Positions 41,519 through 52,236 of a stretch of 64,000 bases of DNA are shown here, in pieces; position 1 is the stretch's first letter; every line of letters begins with the position of its first letter. The translations under genes were made by a program, and so were the position numbers. The notes beneath the pieces are model-generated. The model was not told the DNA's origin, made no database searches, and saw nothing but the letters and a program-made list of their open reading frames with translations. Source of the DNA: Candidatus Cloacimonadota bacterium (GTDB lineage: Bacteria; Cloacimonadota; Cloacimonadia; G963667145); NCBI GenBank assembly GCA_963667255.1, contig OY762940.1, positions 159,485-223,484 of the forward strand, written 5' to 3'.

Positions 41519-42166
41519 TTAATTGAGGATATCGCCTTTGTATATCCAAACTTTAATACCGATAATTCCGTAAGTTGTATTGGCCTCTACCAAAGCGTAA
41601 TCGATGTCGGCACGGAGAGTGTGCAAAGGTGTAGAACCTTCGGTATATCTCTCTGTCCTCGCCATCTCCGCTCCGCCCAATCTTCCCGAACATTGAATCT
41701 TGATACCAACAGCTCCGTCTCTTTTGGCATTTCTGATAGCAAACTTCATCACTCTTCTAAAAGAGACTCTGTTTTGCAATTGTCTGGCAATCTCTTGACC
41801 AACAAGCTGAGCATCACACCACATCTTTTTCACTTCGTTCACATTCACGAAGACAGAAATTTTCCTGTCTCTTTTCTTGTTGAGAAGCATAGAAATCTCA
41901 TCACGCAAAAGCTCAATTTCCGCACCTTTCTTACCAATCACCTGACCGGGTCTGGCGGTATAGATATCCACTGTGAGTTGTGAGCTCTTACGATAAATCT
42001 TAATCTTGGAAATCATCGCTGTGGCAAGTCTGCTCTTGAGGTATCTTTTTACCATCAAATCTTCTTGCAAATTGTCGATATACTCTTTACCGGTAGCGAA
42101 CCAAATAGAATCGGATTCTTTGTTGATGCCTAAACGCAAACCAATTGGATTAACTTTTTGTCCCAT
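41519..42166 (-). CDS. rpsC: 30S ribosomal protein S3
   Basis: MGQKVNPIGLRLG...GRLGGAEMAR...PLHTLRADIDY. Confidence 0.98.
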   Translation of the reverse strand: MGQKVNPIGLRLGINKESDSIWFATGKEYIDNLQEDLMVKRYLKSRLATAMISKIKIYRKSSQLTVDIYTARPGQVIGKKGAEIELLRDEISMLLNKKRDRKISVFVNVNEVKKMWCDAQLVGQEIARQLQNRVSFRRVMKFAIRNAKRDGAVGIKIQCSGRLGGAEMARTERYTEGSTPLHTLRADIDYALVEANTTYGIIGIKVWIYKGDILN

Positions 42167-42167
42167 T

Positions 42168-42524
42168 CTATTCTCCTTCCTTGCTGATATTTTTCACAAA
42201 CAAATATATGTGACAGCTTCTTTTCAAAATCGTGGTTGCTCTCCCTTGAGCTCTTGGTCTAAATCTCTTGGCTGTGCGACCCTCGTTGGCATAAATTTGA
42301 GAGACAACCAAATCAGCATCGTTAGTGCCGGCAGCCAAATCTTTTGCATTAGCAACCGCAGAGTTGAGCAATTTATACATTTGCTTAGCTACTTTTTGCT
42401 TAGACAAAAACAAAATCTTTTGAGCTTCCGTAACCGACTTGCCTCTTACCAACTCTATTACCAATCGAGCCTTACGAGCCGAACCTTTATAATCTTTTAA
42501 TATAGCTTTATATTCCATAATCAC
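42168..42524 (-). CDS. rplV: 50S ribosomal protein L22
   Basis: SARKARLV...SAVANA...PRAQGRA. Confidence 0.97.
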   Translation of the reverse strand: MIMEYKAILKDYKGSARKARLVIELVRGKSVTEAQKILFLSKQKVAKQMYKLLNSAVANAKDLAAGTNDADLVVSQIYANEGRTAKRFRPRAQGRATTILKRSCHIYLFVKNISKEGE

Positions 42525-42787
42525 TATCCTCTATTCGTGTGAGCCCTAAAAGTTCTGGTATGAGAAAACTCGCCGAACTTGTGACCTACCAAATCTTCCG
42601 AAACGAATACCGGAATAAATTTTCTGCCGTTATGCACAGCGAATGTATATCCGATGAAATCCGGAATAATGGTGGATCTTCTTGACCAAGTCTTGATTAC
42701 GGACTTCTTTCCGTCTTTCTTCATTTGCTCAACTTTCTTGAGCAAGTGTTCATCCACGAAAGGTCCTTTTTTTACTGAGCGAGCCAT
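42524..42787 (-). CDS. rpsS: 30S ribosomal protein S19
   Basis: [10 protein letters not shown]...KTWSRRS...GHKFGEF. Confidence 0.98.
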   Translation of the reverse strand: MARSVKKGPFVDEHLLKKVEQMKKDGKKSVIKTWSRRSTIIPDFIGYTFAVHNGRKFIPVFVSEDLVGHKFGEFSHTRTFRAHTNRG

Positions 42788-43626
42788 TATTTCCCACCTT
42801 TTCTTTTCTTAGCTTTCACTATAAACTTATCAGAATATTTTTTATTCTTACGAGTTTTGCCACCTTTGGCAAGCACACCCCATGGAGATCTCGGATGACC
42901 ACCACCGGAAGTTTTACCTTCGCCACCACCCATCGGGTGATCTACAGGGTTCATAGCCACACCACGCACTTTCGGTCTTCTGCCGAGCCATCTGGAACGA
43001 CCAGCTTTACCAAGTTGCAATGTATTTCTCTCCACATTACCCACTTGACCGATAGTCGCATAGCAACCCTCTCTAACCAAATGGACATCGCCTGATGGCA
43101 TTTTCAAGTGAATATATCCGTTGTCTTTGGCAACTACCTGCACATAAGAACCAGCTGACCGAGCCAACTGACCGCCTCTGCCGGGAGCAAACTCAACATT
43201 GTGCACCAATGTACCAAGTGGAATATCCTTGAGAGGAAGAGCGTTACCAACTGCGATAGGAGCACCGTCTCCGGCAACAATCTTTTGACCTACTTCGATG
43301 CCCAATGGTGCGATAATATAGCGTTTCTCTCCATCTACATAGTGCAAAAGACAAATCCTTGCTGTTCTGTTCGGATCATACTCCACAGTAGCCACAACAG
43401 CCTCTATGCCTCTCTTGTTTCTCTTAAAATCGATAATTCTATACTTTCTCTTGTGACCGCCACCCCTTCTCCTCATCGTAACTCGCCCTTGGTTGTTTCT
43501 ACCTGCTTTTTTGGGCAAGGGAGCCAAAAGGCTCTTTTCCGGAGTAGAAGTGGTAATCTCTTCAAAAGTATATCCAGTCTTAAACCTTAAAGAAGGTGTA
43601 ACTGGATTATATTTTCTAATTCCCAT
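42787..43626 (-). CDS. rplB: 50S ribosomal protein L2
   Basis: [20 protein letters not shown]. Confidence 0.98.
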   Translation of the reverse strand: MGIRKYNPVTPSLRFKTGYTFEEITTSTPEKSLLAPLPKKAGRNNQGRVTMRRRGGGHKRKYRIIDFKRNKRGIEAVVATVEYDPNRTARICLLHYVDGEKRYIIAPLGIEVGQKIVAGDGAPIAVGNALPLKDIPLGTLVHNVEFAPGRGGQLARSAGSYVQVVAKDNGYIHLKMPSGDVHLVREGCYATIGQVGNVERNTLQLGKAGRSRWLGRRPKVRGVAMNPVDHPMGGGEGKTSGGGHPRSPWGVLAKGGKTRKNKKYSDKFIVKAKKRKGGK

Positions 43627-43640
43627 ATCTCCAAAATCCT

Positions 43641-43943
43641 CTAAACTTCAAATTCAGGGAACGATTCCCCAGCTTGCAAAGTAACAATAGCTTTTTTCCA
43701 ATCAGCTCTTTTACCGGCAAATCTACCCATAGTTTTGGTCTTCCCCTGTTGGTTGATTGTGTTCACATTCTTCACCTTAACAGAGAAAATCTTTTCCAAA
43801 GCTTTCTTAATCTCTATCTTATTGGCGGCTCTGCTTACCTTGAAAACATACGACTTCTCGTTTCTGGCATTCTCTACCATCAACTCCGAAGATTTCTCGG
43901 TAATATGAGGAGCAATAATTATTTGTCTATCTGACTTTCTCAT
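43641..43943 (-). CDS. rplW: 50S ribosomal protein L23
   Basis: ITEKS...ANKIEIK...WKKAIVTL. Confidence 0.97.
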   Translation of the reverse strand: MRKSDRQIIIAPHITEKSSELMVENARNEKSYVFKVSRAANKIEIKKALEKIFSVKVKNVNTINQQGKTKTMGRFAGKRADWKKAIVTLQAGESFPEFEV

Positions 43944-44569
43944 GATCCAAAAACCTCTATAACTTTCTTCAGCCCACTCTCGGTAATAAGCATATTGTCA
44001 GCATTCAGCACCTGATAAGCATAAAGAGTATCCGCTCTGTCCGTAGCTACATCGACAATATTGGAAAAAGATTTAATCAAGTTGGCATCACTGCTGTCAA
44101 AAATCACCAATTTCTTTCTGCCATTTCCCAATCCTGCTACAATCTCTTTGGCTTTTTTGGTAGATGGAGCATCAAATTTGATATCCTCAATAACAAGCAA
44201 ACCCTCTTTTTTTACCAAATCGCTCAAAGCCAATTTCAAAGCCAATCTCTTTAATTTCTTAGGCACTCTCACAGTCCAATCTTTTGGTTGCGGACCAAAA
44301 GCTCTACCACCGCCACGCCTTACTGGAGTTTTGCAGTCACCAGGACGAGCATTACCCGTTCCTTTTTGACGGAACAACTTCTTAGTGCTACCCGTCACTG
44401 CCGCTCTGTTCTTCACGCTGGAGGTGCCTTGTCTTTGGTTGGCAAGATAAGCTTTCACCACCTCGTAAATCACAATATCGGCACCTTCGCACTCCTTGGC
44501 GAAAAGTTCATCAGGCAGAGAAACAACTCCGTTTTCAGAACCGTCCAATTTGTATTTTTTTATTTCCAT
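43940..44569 (-). CDS. rplD: 50S ribosomal protein L4
   Basis: RQGT...RQKGTGNAR...GGGRAFGP. Confidence 0.98.
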   Translation of the reverse strand: MEIKKYKLDGSENGVVSLPDELFAKECEGADIVIYEVVKAYLANQRQGTSSVKNRAAVTGSTKKLFRQKGTGNARPGDCKTPVRRGGGRAFGPQPKDWTVRVPKKLKRLALKLALSDLVKKEGLLVIEDIKFDAPSTKKAKEIVAGLGNGRKKLVIFDSSDANLIKSFSNIVDVATDRADTLYAYQVLNADNMLITESGLKKVIEVFGS

Positions 44570-44585
44570 TATACTTAAAGTTCTC

Positions 44586-45200
44586 CTATCCTAACTTCTT
44601 CAGCAAGACAACACTGTTTCTGTGACCGGGAACTGCACCTCTGATGAAAATCAAATTTCTCTCTTTATCAATTTTCACAATCTCAAGATTCTTCGCAGTA
44701 ACCCTAGAGTTTCCATAATGTCCTGGAAGTTTTTTGCCCTTGAATACACGAGAAGGGGTAGCACACAAACCGATAGAACCAGGACCACGATAACTTTCGT
44801 GAACACCGTGAGTAGCCTTCATTCCGCTAAAGTTGTGTCTCTTCATCACACCGGTAAAGCCTCTACCCTTGCTGGTGCCAATCACATTTACAATCTCGTT
44901 GACATTGAATAAATCCACAGACAATTCTTCCAAGCCTTCCAATTCAGCATCGGAACCAACAGAAAACTCTCTCAACACCTTGTAACAATCATCTTTGAAA
45001 TGACCTTGCAAAGCTTTAGAGACATTTTTTGTAGATTTTTGCTCGAAACCGACTTGCACCGCAGAATAACCGTCAACAGCTTTGGTCTTCTTTTGCACGA
45101 CCTTGCACGGACCGGCTTGCACCACAGTAACGGGAATTACTCTTGCATCTTCGTCAAAAATCTGACTCATGCCGATTTTCTTTCCAACTATTCCTAACAT
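44586..45200 (-). CDS. rplC: 50S ribosomal protein L3
   Basis: GKKIGMSQ...SKGRGFTGVMKR. Confidence 0.98.
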   Translation of the reverse strand: MLGIVGKKIGMSQIFDEDARVIPVTVVQAGPCKVVQKKTKAVDGYSAVQVGFEQKSTKNVSKALQGHFKDDCYKVLREFSVGSDAELEGLEELSVDLFNVNEIVNVIGTSKGRGFTGVMKRHNFSGMKATHGVHESYRGPGSIGLCATPSRVFKGKKLPGHYGNSRVTAKNLEIVKIDKERNLIFIRGAVPGHRNSVVLLKKLG

Positions 45201-45212
45201 TTTGCCAACCCC

Positions 45213-45521
45213 CTAAGCCTTAACCTCTACATGTACACCTGAAGGCAAGCTGATTTTTTTCAACGCATTCGTAGTGTTGGAAGTAGGATTTTCTATATCA
45301 ATTATTCTTTTGTGAATAAGCATCTGAAATTGCTCTTGCGATTTCTTATTCACATGAGGCGAACGAAGCACAGTATATACGGTCTTTTCGGTAGGCAGAG
45401 GAACAGGACCAACAACTTTGGCTCCCGTGCTCTTTACGCTGTTAACCAACTCACCAACCGAAGCGTCCAATAGTCTGTGGTCATAAGCCTTCATTTTTAT
45501 TCTAATTTTATTAGTTTTCAT
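45213..45521 (-). CDS. rpsJ: 30S ribosomal protein S10
   Basis: GPVPLPT...RSPHVNK. Confidence 0.98.
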   Translation of the reverse strand: MKTNKIRIKMKAYDHRLLDASVGELVNSVKSTGAKVVGPVPLPTEKTVYTVLRSPHVNKKSQEQFQMLIHKRIIDIENPTSNTTNALKKISLPSGVHVEVKA

Positions 45522-45540
45522 TAATGTACCTTAATTTAAA

Positions 45541-46728
45541 TTACTCTTGAATCTCAGCTATTACTCCGGCACCAATAGTTCTACCACCTTCACGGATAGC
45601 AAATCTAAGACCTTTGTCCATAGCGATAGGCACTATCAACTCTCCGTTAATCTTCACATTGTCGCCTGGCATTACCATCTCTACGCCTTCGGGCAAAGTA
45701 AGAGTGCCGGTAACATCGGTAGTTCTAAAATAGAATTGAGGACGATATCCAGAGAAGAAAGGTTTGTGACGACCACCTTCGTCAGCTTTGAGCACATAAA
45801 CCTCACCAACGAATTTTTTGTGCGGAGTGATGCTCTTGGGAGCAGCCAACACCATGCCTCTGTCAATTTCGTCTTTTTTGATACCACGAAGAAGCACGCC
45901 AACATTGTCGCCAGCTTCAGCACTATCCAAGATTTTGCGGAACATCTCCACACCTGTGCAGACAACTTCGATGGTGTCTTTGATACCGACTCTTTCCAAC
46001 TTGTCGTTAATCTTGAGAGTGCCAGTCTCTACACGACCTGTGGCAACTGTGCCACGACCGGAGATAGAGAACACATCCTCAACAGGCAACAAGAAAGGCT
46101 TGTCCAAATCGTGGATAGGGTCAGGAATATAAGAATCGAGTGTATCAACCAATTTTTCGATAGCAGCAATACCTTCAGGGTCATCTTCAAGAGCCTTAAG
46201 AGCAGAGCCTTGAATGAAAGGAATGTCATCGCCAGGGAATTTGTAAGAGGTCAAAAGCTCTCTAACTTCCATCTCCACGAGTTCCAACAATTCAGCATCG
46301 TCCACAAGGTCACATTTATTAAGGAACACAACCATTGCAGGCACACCAACTTGGTAAGCCAAAAGAATGTGCTCACGAGTTTGAGGCATTGGACCGTCAG
46401 CAGCAGAAACAACGAGAATAGCACCGTCCATTTGGGCAGCACCAGTAATCATATTTTTGATGTAGTCGGCGTGACCAGGGCAGTCAACATGAGCATAATG
46501 TCTGGCTGTAGACTCATACTCCACATGAGCAGTAGAGATAGTAATACCTCTTTCTCTCTCTTCCGGAGCGTTATCGATAGAGCCAAAATCAGTATATTTG
46601 GCTTGTCCTTTAGCTGCAAGCACCTTGGTAATAGCAGCAGTAAGGGTAGTTTTACCATGGTCAACATGACCGATGGTCCCCACATTCACATGGGGTTTCG
46701 TTCTGACAAATTTTTCCTTTGCCATCAT
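45541..46728 (-). CDS. tuf: Elongation factor Tu
   Basis: [27 protein letters not shown]; true start may be the second ATG (46725). Confidence 0.99.
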   Translation of the reverse strand: MMAKEKFVRTKPHVNVGTIGHVDHGKTTLTAAITKVLAAKGQAKYTDFGSIDNAPEERERGITISTAHVEYESTARHYAHVDCPGHADYIKNMITGAAQMDGAILVVSAADGPMPQTREHILLAYQVGVPAMVVFLNKCDLVDDAELLELVEMEVRELLTSYKFPGDDIPFIQGSALKALEDDPEGIAAIEKLVDTLDSYIPDPIHDLDKPFLLPVEDVFSISGRGTVATGRVETGTLKINDKLERVGIKDTIEVVCTGVEMFRKILDSAEAGDNVGVLLRGIKKDEIDRGMVLAAPKSITPHKKFVGEVYVLKADEGGRHKPFFSGYRPQFYFRTTDVTGTLTLPEGVEMVMPGDNVKINGELIVPIAMDKGLRFAIREGGRTIGAGVIAEIQE

Positions 46729-46976
46729 TTCCTCCTAAAGATCAAAAGTCCCCTTTATTGTAGGCGATTATCCGCCTCAGGACTTACTTTTTATTTCAAC
46801 GAAAAGCTAACATTTAACAACCAGTTATAGTGTCAACTACTTTTTTGTTCCTGTAAAAACACAAGATAATTTCCTGCCAATTTCCGAAAAAATTTAACTT
46901 TTTTGTTTGCTCAAAATTTTGTATGCAAAAATTTGGAAGAGATTGTTAATTTTCTATGAAAAAACTGGAGGACGCA

Positions 46977-47753
46977 ATGCCAAACATTATGCAAAACAAA
47001 AAAGGTATCGTGCTGGGAGTGGCGAACAACAAAAGCATCGCTTGGCAGATAGCCAAAAAGCTGAAAGAAGAGGGTGCCACAATCGGCTATACATATCAAG
47101 ATGAGGTATCCAGCAAAAAGGCTTTGTCCTTGTTTGAACAAAACGAGGTTGCTTTTGCCTGCAAACTCGATGTTTGCGATGAAAAAGATTTTGCGAAACT
47201 GAACGAAAATATAGAAGAGCATTTCGAGGGGAAATTGGATTTTGTGGTTCACTCCATCGCTGGTGGTCCGGCTCTTGAAGATTTGCAAGGAGATTTTTAC
47301 GATGTTTCCCGCGAAAACTTTTTGAAGACGATGGAAATCAGTGCGTTCTCGTTCGTGGCTATCATGAAGAGTGTCGCTCCGTATATGAAGGCTGCTGGCA
47401 ACAGCTCGGCGATTTGCATGAGCTATCTCGGTGCACAGCGGGCTATCCCCAACTATAATGTGATGGGTGTCGCCAAAGCCACTCTGGAAGCGTGTGCTCG
47501 CTATATGGCAAGCGACTTGGGCAAAGATGGCATCCGCGTGAATGTCGTTTCGCCTGGACCCGTGCTCACTCGTGCCGCCTCTGCCATAGGTGGTTTCCGC
47601 CAAATGCTAAAGGAGTGTGCAGAACTTACTCCTCTGAGGAAGTTGACCGATACGGAAGATGTCGCCTCGGCTGCCCTCTATCTGCTCTCGGATTTGTCGG
47701 CAGGGACGACCGGACAGACGCTCTATGTTGATGGTGGGTATAATATTAAGTAA
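46977..47753 (+). CDS. fabI: Enoyl-ACP reductase FabI
   Basis: GVANNKSIAW, YNVMGVAKATLE, TGQTLYVDGG; GGAGG RBS. Confidence 0.93.
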   Translation: MPNIMQNKKGIVLGVANNKSIAWQIAKKLKEEGATIGYTYQDEVSSKKALSLFEQNEVAFACKLDVCDEKDFAKLNENIEEHFEGKLDFVVHSIAGGPALEDLQGDFYDVSRENFLKTMEISAFSFVAIMKSVAPYMKAAGNSSAICMSYLGAQRAIPNYNVMGVAKATLEACARYMASDLGKDGIRVNVVSPGPVLTRAASAIGGFRQMLKECAELTPLRKLTDTEDVASAALYLLSDLSAGTTGQTLYVDGGYNIK

Positions 47754-47849
47754 TGTTTGTTCACTTTTCTTTTCACTGGAAAAGAAAACTCTCTATTATC
47801 ATAAAATCGCTAAAAATAGAGTCATGAGCTGTAGTTTGGCTAAGTGATG

Positions 47850-48250
47850 ACAAACAACTGATAGTATCTCAACCTCTCTCAAACTGGGTTCCCGCGTTCG
47901 CGGGAACGAGACAAGAAGAGCAAGAAACCCAAACACCCCGCACCCTCATTCCCGTGAAAACGGGTATTCATTCAGCCCTCGGACTACAGTTTTTTCTGTC
48001 TTTTTTCTTTCTTATTCGTTCTTTTACAGGGGGTCTCTACCTTTTCTTTGACCGTTCAAAGAAAAGGTAGAGAAGAAGGAAAACCGCTCTGACCACTAAA
48101 ATGCAGTCTCTAAGATTAGCTTTATTTTAGTGGTCAGATTAGCGTTCAGAGTTTAGCCACCCAAGCACAAAAGCAAGAAGCATAACTATAAAGAATTGTG
48201 CTTGACCTGCCTATTCTTGATGGGACATCAGCAAGGTAACTAAGCAGTTG
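47850..48250. repeat. Intergenic hairpin mosaic 5
   Basis: Palindromes 47888-47907 and 47948-47967, perfect 17-bp hairpin 48035-48072, TGACCAC hairpin 48088-48138, CAAGCACAA...TTGTGCTTG module. Confidence 0.85.
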
Positions 48251-48340
48251 CTTTGACACTTTCGTGTTTCAAAGCTTTTTGAATAAAAAAAAGATTGAGA
48301 TATGGAAACCCATAGCCCAATCTTTTCAGCAGTTACTGAA

Positions 48341-48862
48341 CTACTCTTTAGTCCACTTACCAGCTAATTTTCCAGAACACAAACCAAATAATCCACCGAC
48401 AGCTATAGATACAGAAATTATAATTAGTGGATTATCCAATCTTCCGCCGAGCATAACTTCGTTGCTCAATTTACCTGGTGTTTGCAAAAGGTAAGCAAAA
48501 GTACTTGCATAACCGAAAAAAGAAGCAGGTATTGTTGCGAGTGATGGGACATTGGCAGCCCAAACTACTATTGCAACTGAAATACCCACCGCGATAGCTC
48601 CCCAAAGCGGTAGACCAAGAGAAGCAGCTAAGGGAACATTGATAATGATAACCGCTGTGAGCCAAGCCATAATTACACCAAAGATTCCACAAACAATAAC
48701 ATTTTTCAATGTTTCACTAGTGCCGCCAAGAGCAAAAAATGCCCCCCAGGCAATAAAAATTGCCCAGATTAACAGAACACTACTGAGTGGTCCTAAAGCC
48801 AAAAAAGTAGCAACACCACCCAAAAGACCAATGCTCAAACCAAGAGCCGTGAGACTTTTCAT
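48341..48862 (-). CDS. DUF1097-family membrane protein
   Basis: Hydrophobic, WAIFIAWGAFFALGG and IPASFFGYASTFA pattern; AGGAGG RBS. Confidence 0.7.
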   Translation of the reverse strand: MKSLTALGLSIGLLGGVATFLALGPLSSVLLIWAIFIAWGAFFALGGTSETLKNVIVCGIFGVIMAWLTAVIIINVPLAASLGLPLWGAIAVGISVAIVVWAANVPSLATIPASFFGYASTFAYLLQTPGKLSNEVMLGGRLDNPLIIISVSIAVGGLFGLCSGKLAGKWTKE

Positions 48863-48994
48863 AATTCCTCCTAGAATTACACCCCCGTAATATCGTGGGT
48901 AATAAAAGTTCATTTTTATGTCAAGGCATTTAATTATTTTATTTAGAATATGTTACCGTGTTCACAAAAAAAAGGCTTAGAACAAGAGAGAGAT

Positions 48995-49062
48995 AAAAAA
49001 ACACTGACGAGTTTACTCAGCCAGTGTTCCGCAATTTTTCATTTTTATTCTTTATTTTTTAA
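48995..49062. repeat. CACTG-hairpin repeat module
   Basis: AACACTGACGAGTTTACTCAGCCAGTGTTCCGCAATTTTTC, near-identical to 56099-56140. Confidence 0.75.
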
Positions 49063-49063
49063 T

Positions 49064-49672
49064 TCAAATCACCTCATCTATCTGCTTCATCAGTTTATCT
49101 GTGTGGTAGAGACTACAGATGATTTTTTGGTAGTGCAATATCTCCTCAAATCCCAGTGTGCGACCGACCCTATCCTTGAGCCACTTCTGTGCGGGCTGAT
49201 AACCACCGATGTAGAACTCCCACGCTGTCAATGGCACTCGGTCGAAATACTGCGTGTCGTTTATCCAGACTTTGCCGATGATCTCGTCGTCCTCTTCGGC
49301 TACCCAGCCTACACTATTGATGGTCATCTTACGCGTGATGAGGTTGTCGCCGCTCTGTGGGTAGGTGGTGATGAGCTCCTCCACGAGTGGACTCTCCAGC
49401 AGGTGCAATGCCCGTATCTCTCCGCCGAGCTTGACCAACTGCCAAAAGTTCGCCTTGTCTGTGGGGTATGGCACTCGCGGAAAGTCTATCTTGAGAAACT
49501 CTTTGTATTTCTCGCGGTAGCTGGGGCTGTGTAGCACGGCATAGATGTAGTCCAGCAAATCTACGGGGGCGAATGTCCCCTGCTCGCCTGTCTGCTCGGG
49601 GACAAACCGCAAACCGACGGAGCGGGCTATCGCTTTTACTATTTCGGGGTTAAGGTTGGGAGTGCGTGTCAT
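49064..49672 (-). CDS. C-terminal fragment of a Type IIG/ISP-like restriction-modification enzyme
   Basis: RTPNLN...DYIYAVLHSPSYREKYKEFLKIDFPRVPYP...WEFYIGGYQPAQKWLKDR, the conserved C-terminus of such enzymes; GC similar to the N-terminal half. Confidence 0.85.
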   Translation of the reverse strand: MTRTPNLNPEIVKAIARSVGLRFVPEQTGEQGTFAPVDLLDYIYAVLHSPSYREKYKEFLKIDFPRVPYPTDKANFWQLVKLGGEIRALHLLESPLVEELITTYPQSGDNLITRKMTINSVGWVAEEDDEIIGKVWINDTQYFDRVPLTAWEFYIGGYQPAQKWLKDRVGRTLGFEEILHYQKIICSLYHTDKLMKQIDEVI

Positions 49673-49767
49673 TTTGTTTCTCTTTTTTTAATAATTTTTT
49701 CTTTTGATTGTAATTTCTCTGGTTCTGTATGCATTTCCCTGTTCTCGCTAATTGCTTGCAGAGCTTT

Positions 49768-50292
49768 TTATTGTGTATGCATTTTCCAATAGAAACATTT
49801 TATATTCTTACTTAATTTTACTGCTTTTTTGTTCCCGTATGCATTCCCAAGCTGGAGCTTGGGAACGAGTGGAATATACTCAATTTTCTCATTAAGCATT
49901 TCCTCTGAAATTATCAACTTCGGCTTAGTCCCCTCTTCCCAAAATTGATAAGAAGTCTCTCTTTTATGAGCCTTTTTATAAAACTCCAATTGTTGCAAAA
50001 TAGTTTTCACATTTTTGGCAATCAAGAAATCGAGTATTTTTTTGGCTGTAAATGACTTAAATTTTTGCAAACTTTTGTTCAAATTATCACTACTCACAAT
50101 AAGGTGCAAATGATTTTCCAAAATAACATAACTATAAATTTTCAAATTGTCGCTTTTCTGTAAATGTTGCAGGCTTTCTATGATGATTTGTTTGGTTTCT
50201 ATTTTTGTGAAAATGGGTGTCCAGCGTAGCACCGTGCAGGTTACAAAGTGGATTGCTTGTTCATCGAATATTTTATAACGACTTCTACCCAT
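49768..50292 (-). pseudogene. REP-associated tyrosine transposase (RAYT, Y1/HUH), 3'-truncated by a REP
   Basis: HFVTCTV, YVILENHLHLI (HUH), FKSFTAK, QFWEEG, KIEYI; the expected HxNP after the Tyr is replaced by REP-encoded PLVPKLQLGNAY. Confidence 0.85.
49837..49869. repeat. REP-A palindrome
   Basis: GTATGCATTCCCAAGCTGGAGCTTGGGAACGAG; copies at 50429, 52744 and 55839. Confidence 0.9.
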
Positions 50293-50302
50293 ATTTTTTC
50301 CT

Positions 50303-50461
50303 CTCGCTCCCAAGCTCCAGCTTGGGAGTGTATACTGGCTTCATTGACAGCTGAGTAATTATTGATATGCCTTGTTTATGCTTGGGAAGCAGATGCCCAT
50401 TCTCATTTTGTGCTTAACCCTATTTCCCGTATGCATTCCCAAGCTGGAGCTTGGGAACGAG
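50303..50461. mobile_element. REPIN-like inverted REP doublet directly upstream of the RAYT
   Basis: REP 50303-50335 and inverted REP 50429-50461 separated by 93 nt. Confidence 0.75.
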
Positions 50462-50528
50462 AGAAATGAAGTCTCAAATGATTAGCCGGATTTATGTGGT
50501 CAAAGGAACGAGGGAAAGCGCATATTTT

Positions 50529-50969
50529 TCACAATCCTAATTGCTTGTTAATTGCCAACAATAATTTCAAAATTACCCCTGATTGAAAGTTAGAAACCAA
50601 AACACCATCACAAAACCTATCATTTCGGACTATTACTGTAATCAATTTACATTTAGTAGGAATATCAATCGATGTATAATCAAAGCTCTCATTTGCAAAA
50701 ATTTTTTTACCTTCATTCCAAGCAAACCATTTAAAAACAACTATAATATTTAACTCATAAACTAATGATAAAAATTTTTCAACGACAGGAGACAGAGCAT
50801 AATAAGGCATTATCTCTTCCCCTTCCTTATCTTTTTGGCAAACCATTTCTCCAAATTTAACTGTTGATTTAATTTCTGGAATCAAATCAAGTAATGGTTG
50901 CCAATGTTTCTTGTCATAAGAATTTATTATATCAATATAATTGCTTTCATCTAATCTTATAATTTTCAT
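50529..50969 (-). CDS. Hypothetical protein, DUF6508-like (copy 1)
   Basis: FKWFAW...KLITVIVRNDRFCDGVL..NFQSG pattern; AT-rich; GGGGGG upstream of ATG 50969. Confidence 0.6.
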   Translation of the reverse strand: MKIIRLDESNYIDIINSYDKKHWQPLLDLIPEIKSTVKFGEMVCQKDKEGEEIMPYYALSPVVEKFLSLVYELNIIVVFKWFAWNEGKKIFANESFDYTSIDIPTKCKLITVIVRNDRFCDGVLVSNFQSGVILKLLLAINKQLGL

Positions 50970-51157
50970 TTTCCCCCCTATATTTAACTTTAATTTGTTC
51001 ACTACTCAAATCAGCCTCTCAATCTCAAGCAATTCTTCTCTCAAGCAGTAGCTGTGTCGCATATGCCAACACAGTGTGCCGATTCTCCTTGCACTCTCCC
51101 CACTGGATTCCCGCCTACGCGGGAATGAGGGCGTGCGTGTCGTGTCGCTTATGCTTG

Positions 51158-51484
51158 TCACACAAACATCTTCTTCATTATTCTATCAACTTCATCGTTA
51201 ATTGTATTTTGTTTCAACACAGAATATTTGCTTGATTTCCCGCAAGTCATACATTTCAAATATTCGTCATCTTCTGGTATATACTCTTCATAAGGCGTAT
51301 CAAAATAGGTTGACTGGCAATAGGGACACTTGATTGATACTTCATAAGATATATTGCCTTTGCCTGTTGCTCTCATTCGCTGTTTGGTCGCTGTGGGTTT
51401 TGTAGCGGATTTGTCACTACGCCTACGGTTGGACTTGGATATGATGACAAAGACCAAAACCAAAAAAATGATAGCAAGAATCAT
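51158..51484 (-). CDS. Small membrane-anchored zinc-ribbon protein (copy 1)
   Basis: N-terminal TM, CPYC...CMTC; GGAGG RBS. Confidence 0.7.
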   Translation of the reverse strand: MILAIIFLVLVFVIISKSNRRRSDKSATKPTATKQRMRATGKGNISYEVSIKCPYCQSTYFDTPYEEYIPEDDEYLKCMTCGKSSKYSVLKQNTINDEVDRIMKKMFV

Positions 51485-51607
51485 CTAAAACCTCCAATGC
51501 TTAATCTATATTTTATTTCCGTATGCATTCCCCTGACCACATAAATGAAGTCTCAAATGATTAGCCGGATTTATGTGGTCAAAGGAACGAGGGAAAGCGC
51601 ATATTTT

Positions 51608-52048
51608 TCACAATCCTAATTGCTTGTTAATTGCCAACAATAATTTCAAAATTACCCCTGATTGAAAGTTAGAAACCAAAACACCATCACAAAACCTATC
51701 ATTTCGGACTATTACTGTAATCAATTTACATTTAGTAGGAATATCAATCGATGTATAATCAAAGCTCTCATTTGCAAAAATTTTTTTACCTTCATTCCAA
51801 GCAAACCATTTAAAAACAACTATAATATTTAACTCATAAACTAATGATAAAAATTTTTCAACGACAGGAGACAGAGCATAATAAGGCATTATCTCTTCCC
51901 CTTCCTTATCTTTTTGGCAAACCATTTCTCCAAATTTAACTGTTGATTTAATTTCTGGAATCAAATCAAGTAATGGTTGCCAATGTTTCTTGTCATAAGA
52001 ATTTATTATATCAATATAATTGCTTTCATCTAATCTTATAATTTTCAT
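51608..52048 (-). CDS. Hypothetical protein, DUF6508-like (copy 2)
   Basis: Translation identical to copy 1. Confidence 0.6.
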   Translation of the reverse strand: MKIIRLDESNYIDIINSYDKKHWQPLLDLIPEIKSTVKFGEMVCQKDKEGEEIMPYYALSPVVEKFLSLVYELNIIVVFKWFAWNEGKKIFANESFDYTSIDIPTKCKLITVIVRNDRFCDGVLVSNFQSGVILKLLLAINKQLGL

Positions 52049-52236
52049 TTTCCCCCCTATATTTAACTTTAATTTGTTCACTACTCAAATCAGCCTCTCA
52101 ATCTCAAGCAATTCTTCTCTCAAGCAGTAGCTGTGTCGCATATGCCAACACAGTGTGCCGATTCTCCTTGCACTCTCCCCACTGGATTCCCGCCTACGCG
52201 GGAATGAGGGCGTGCGTGTCGTGTCGCTTATGCTTG

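Noticed and set aside
45547-46830. Long antisense ORFs (427 aa opposite tuf; also 2169-3359, 56612-58186, 61110-62366)
   Set aside because: They are shadow frames of well-supported genes, with no recognisable motifs.
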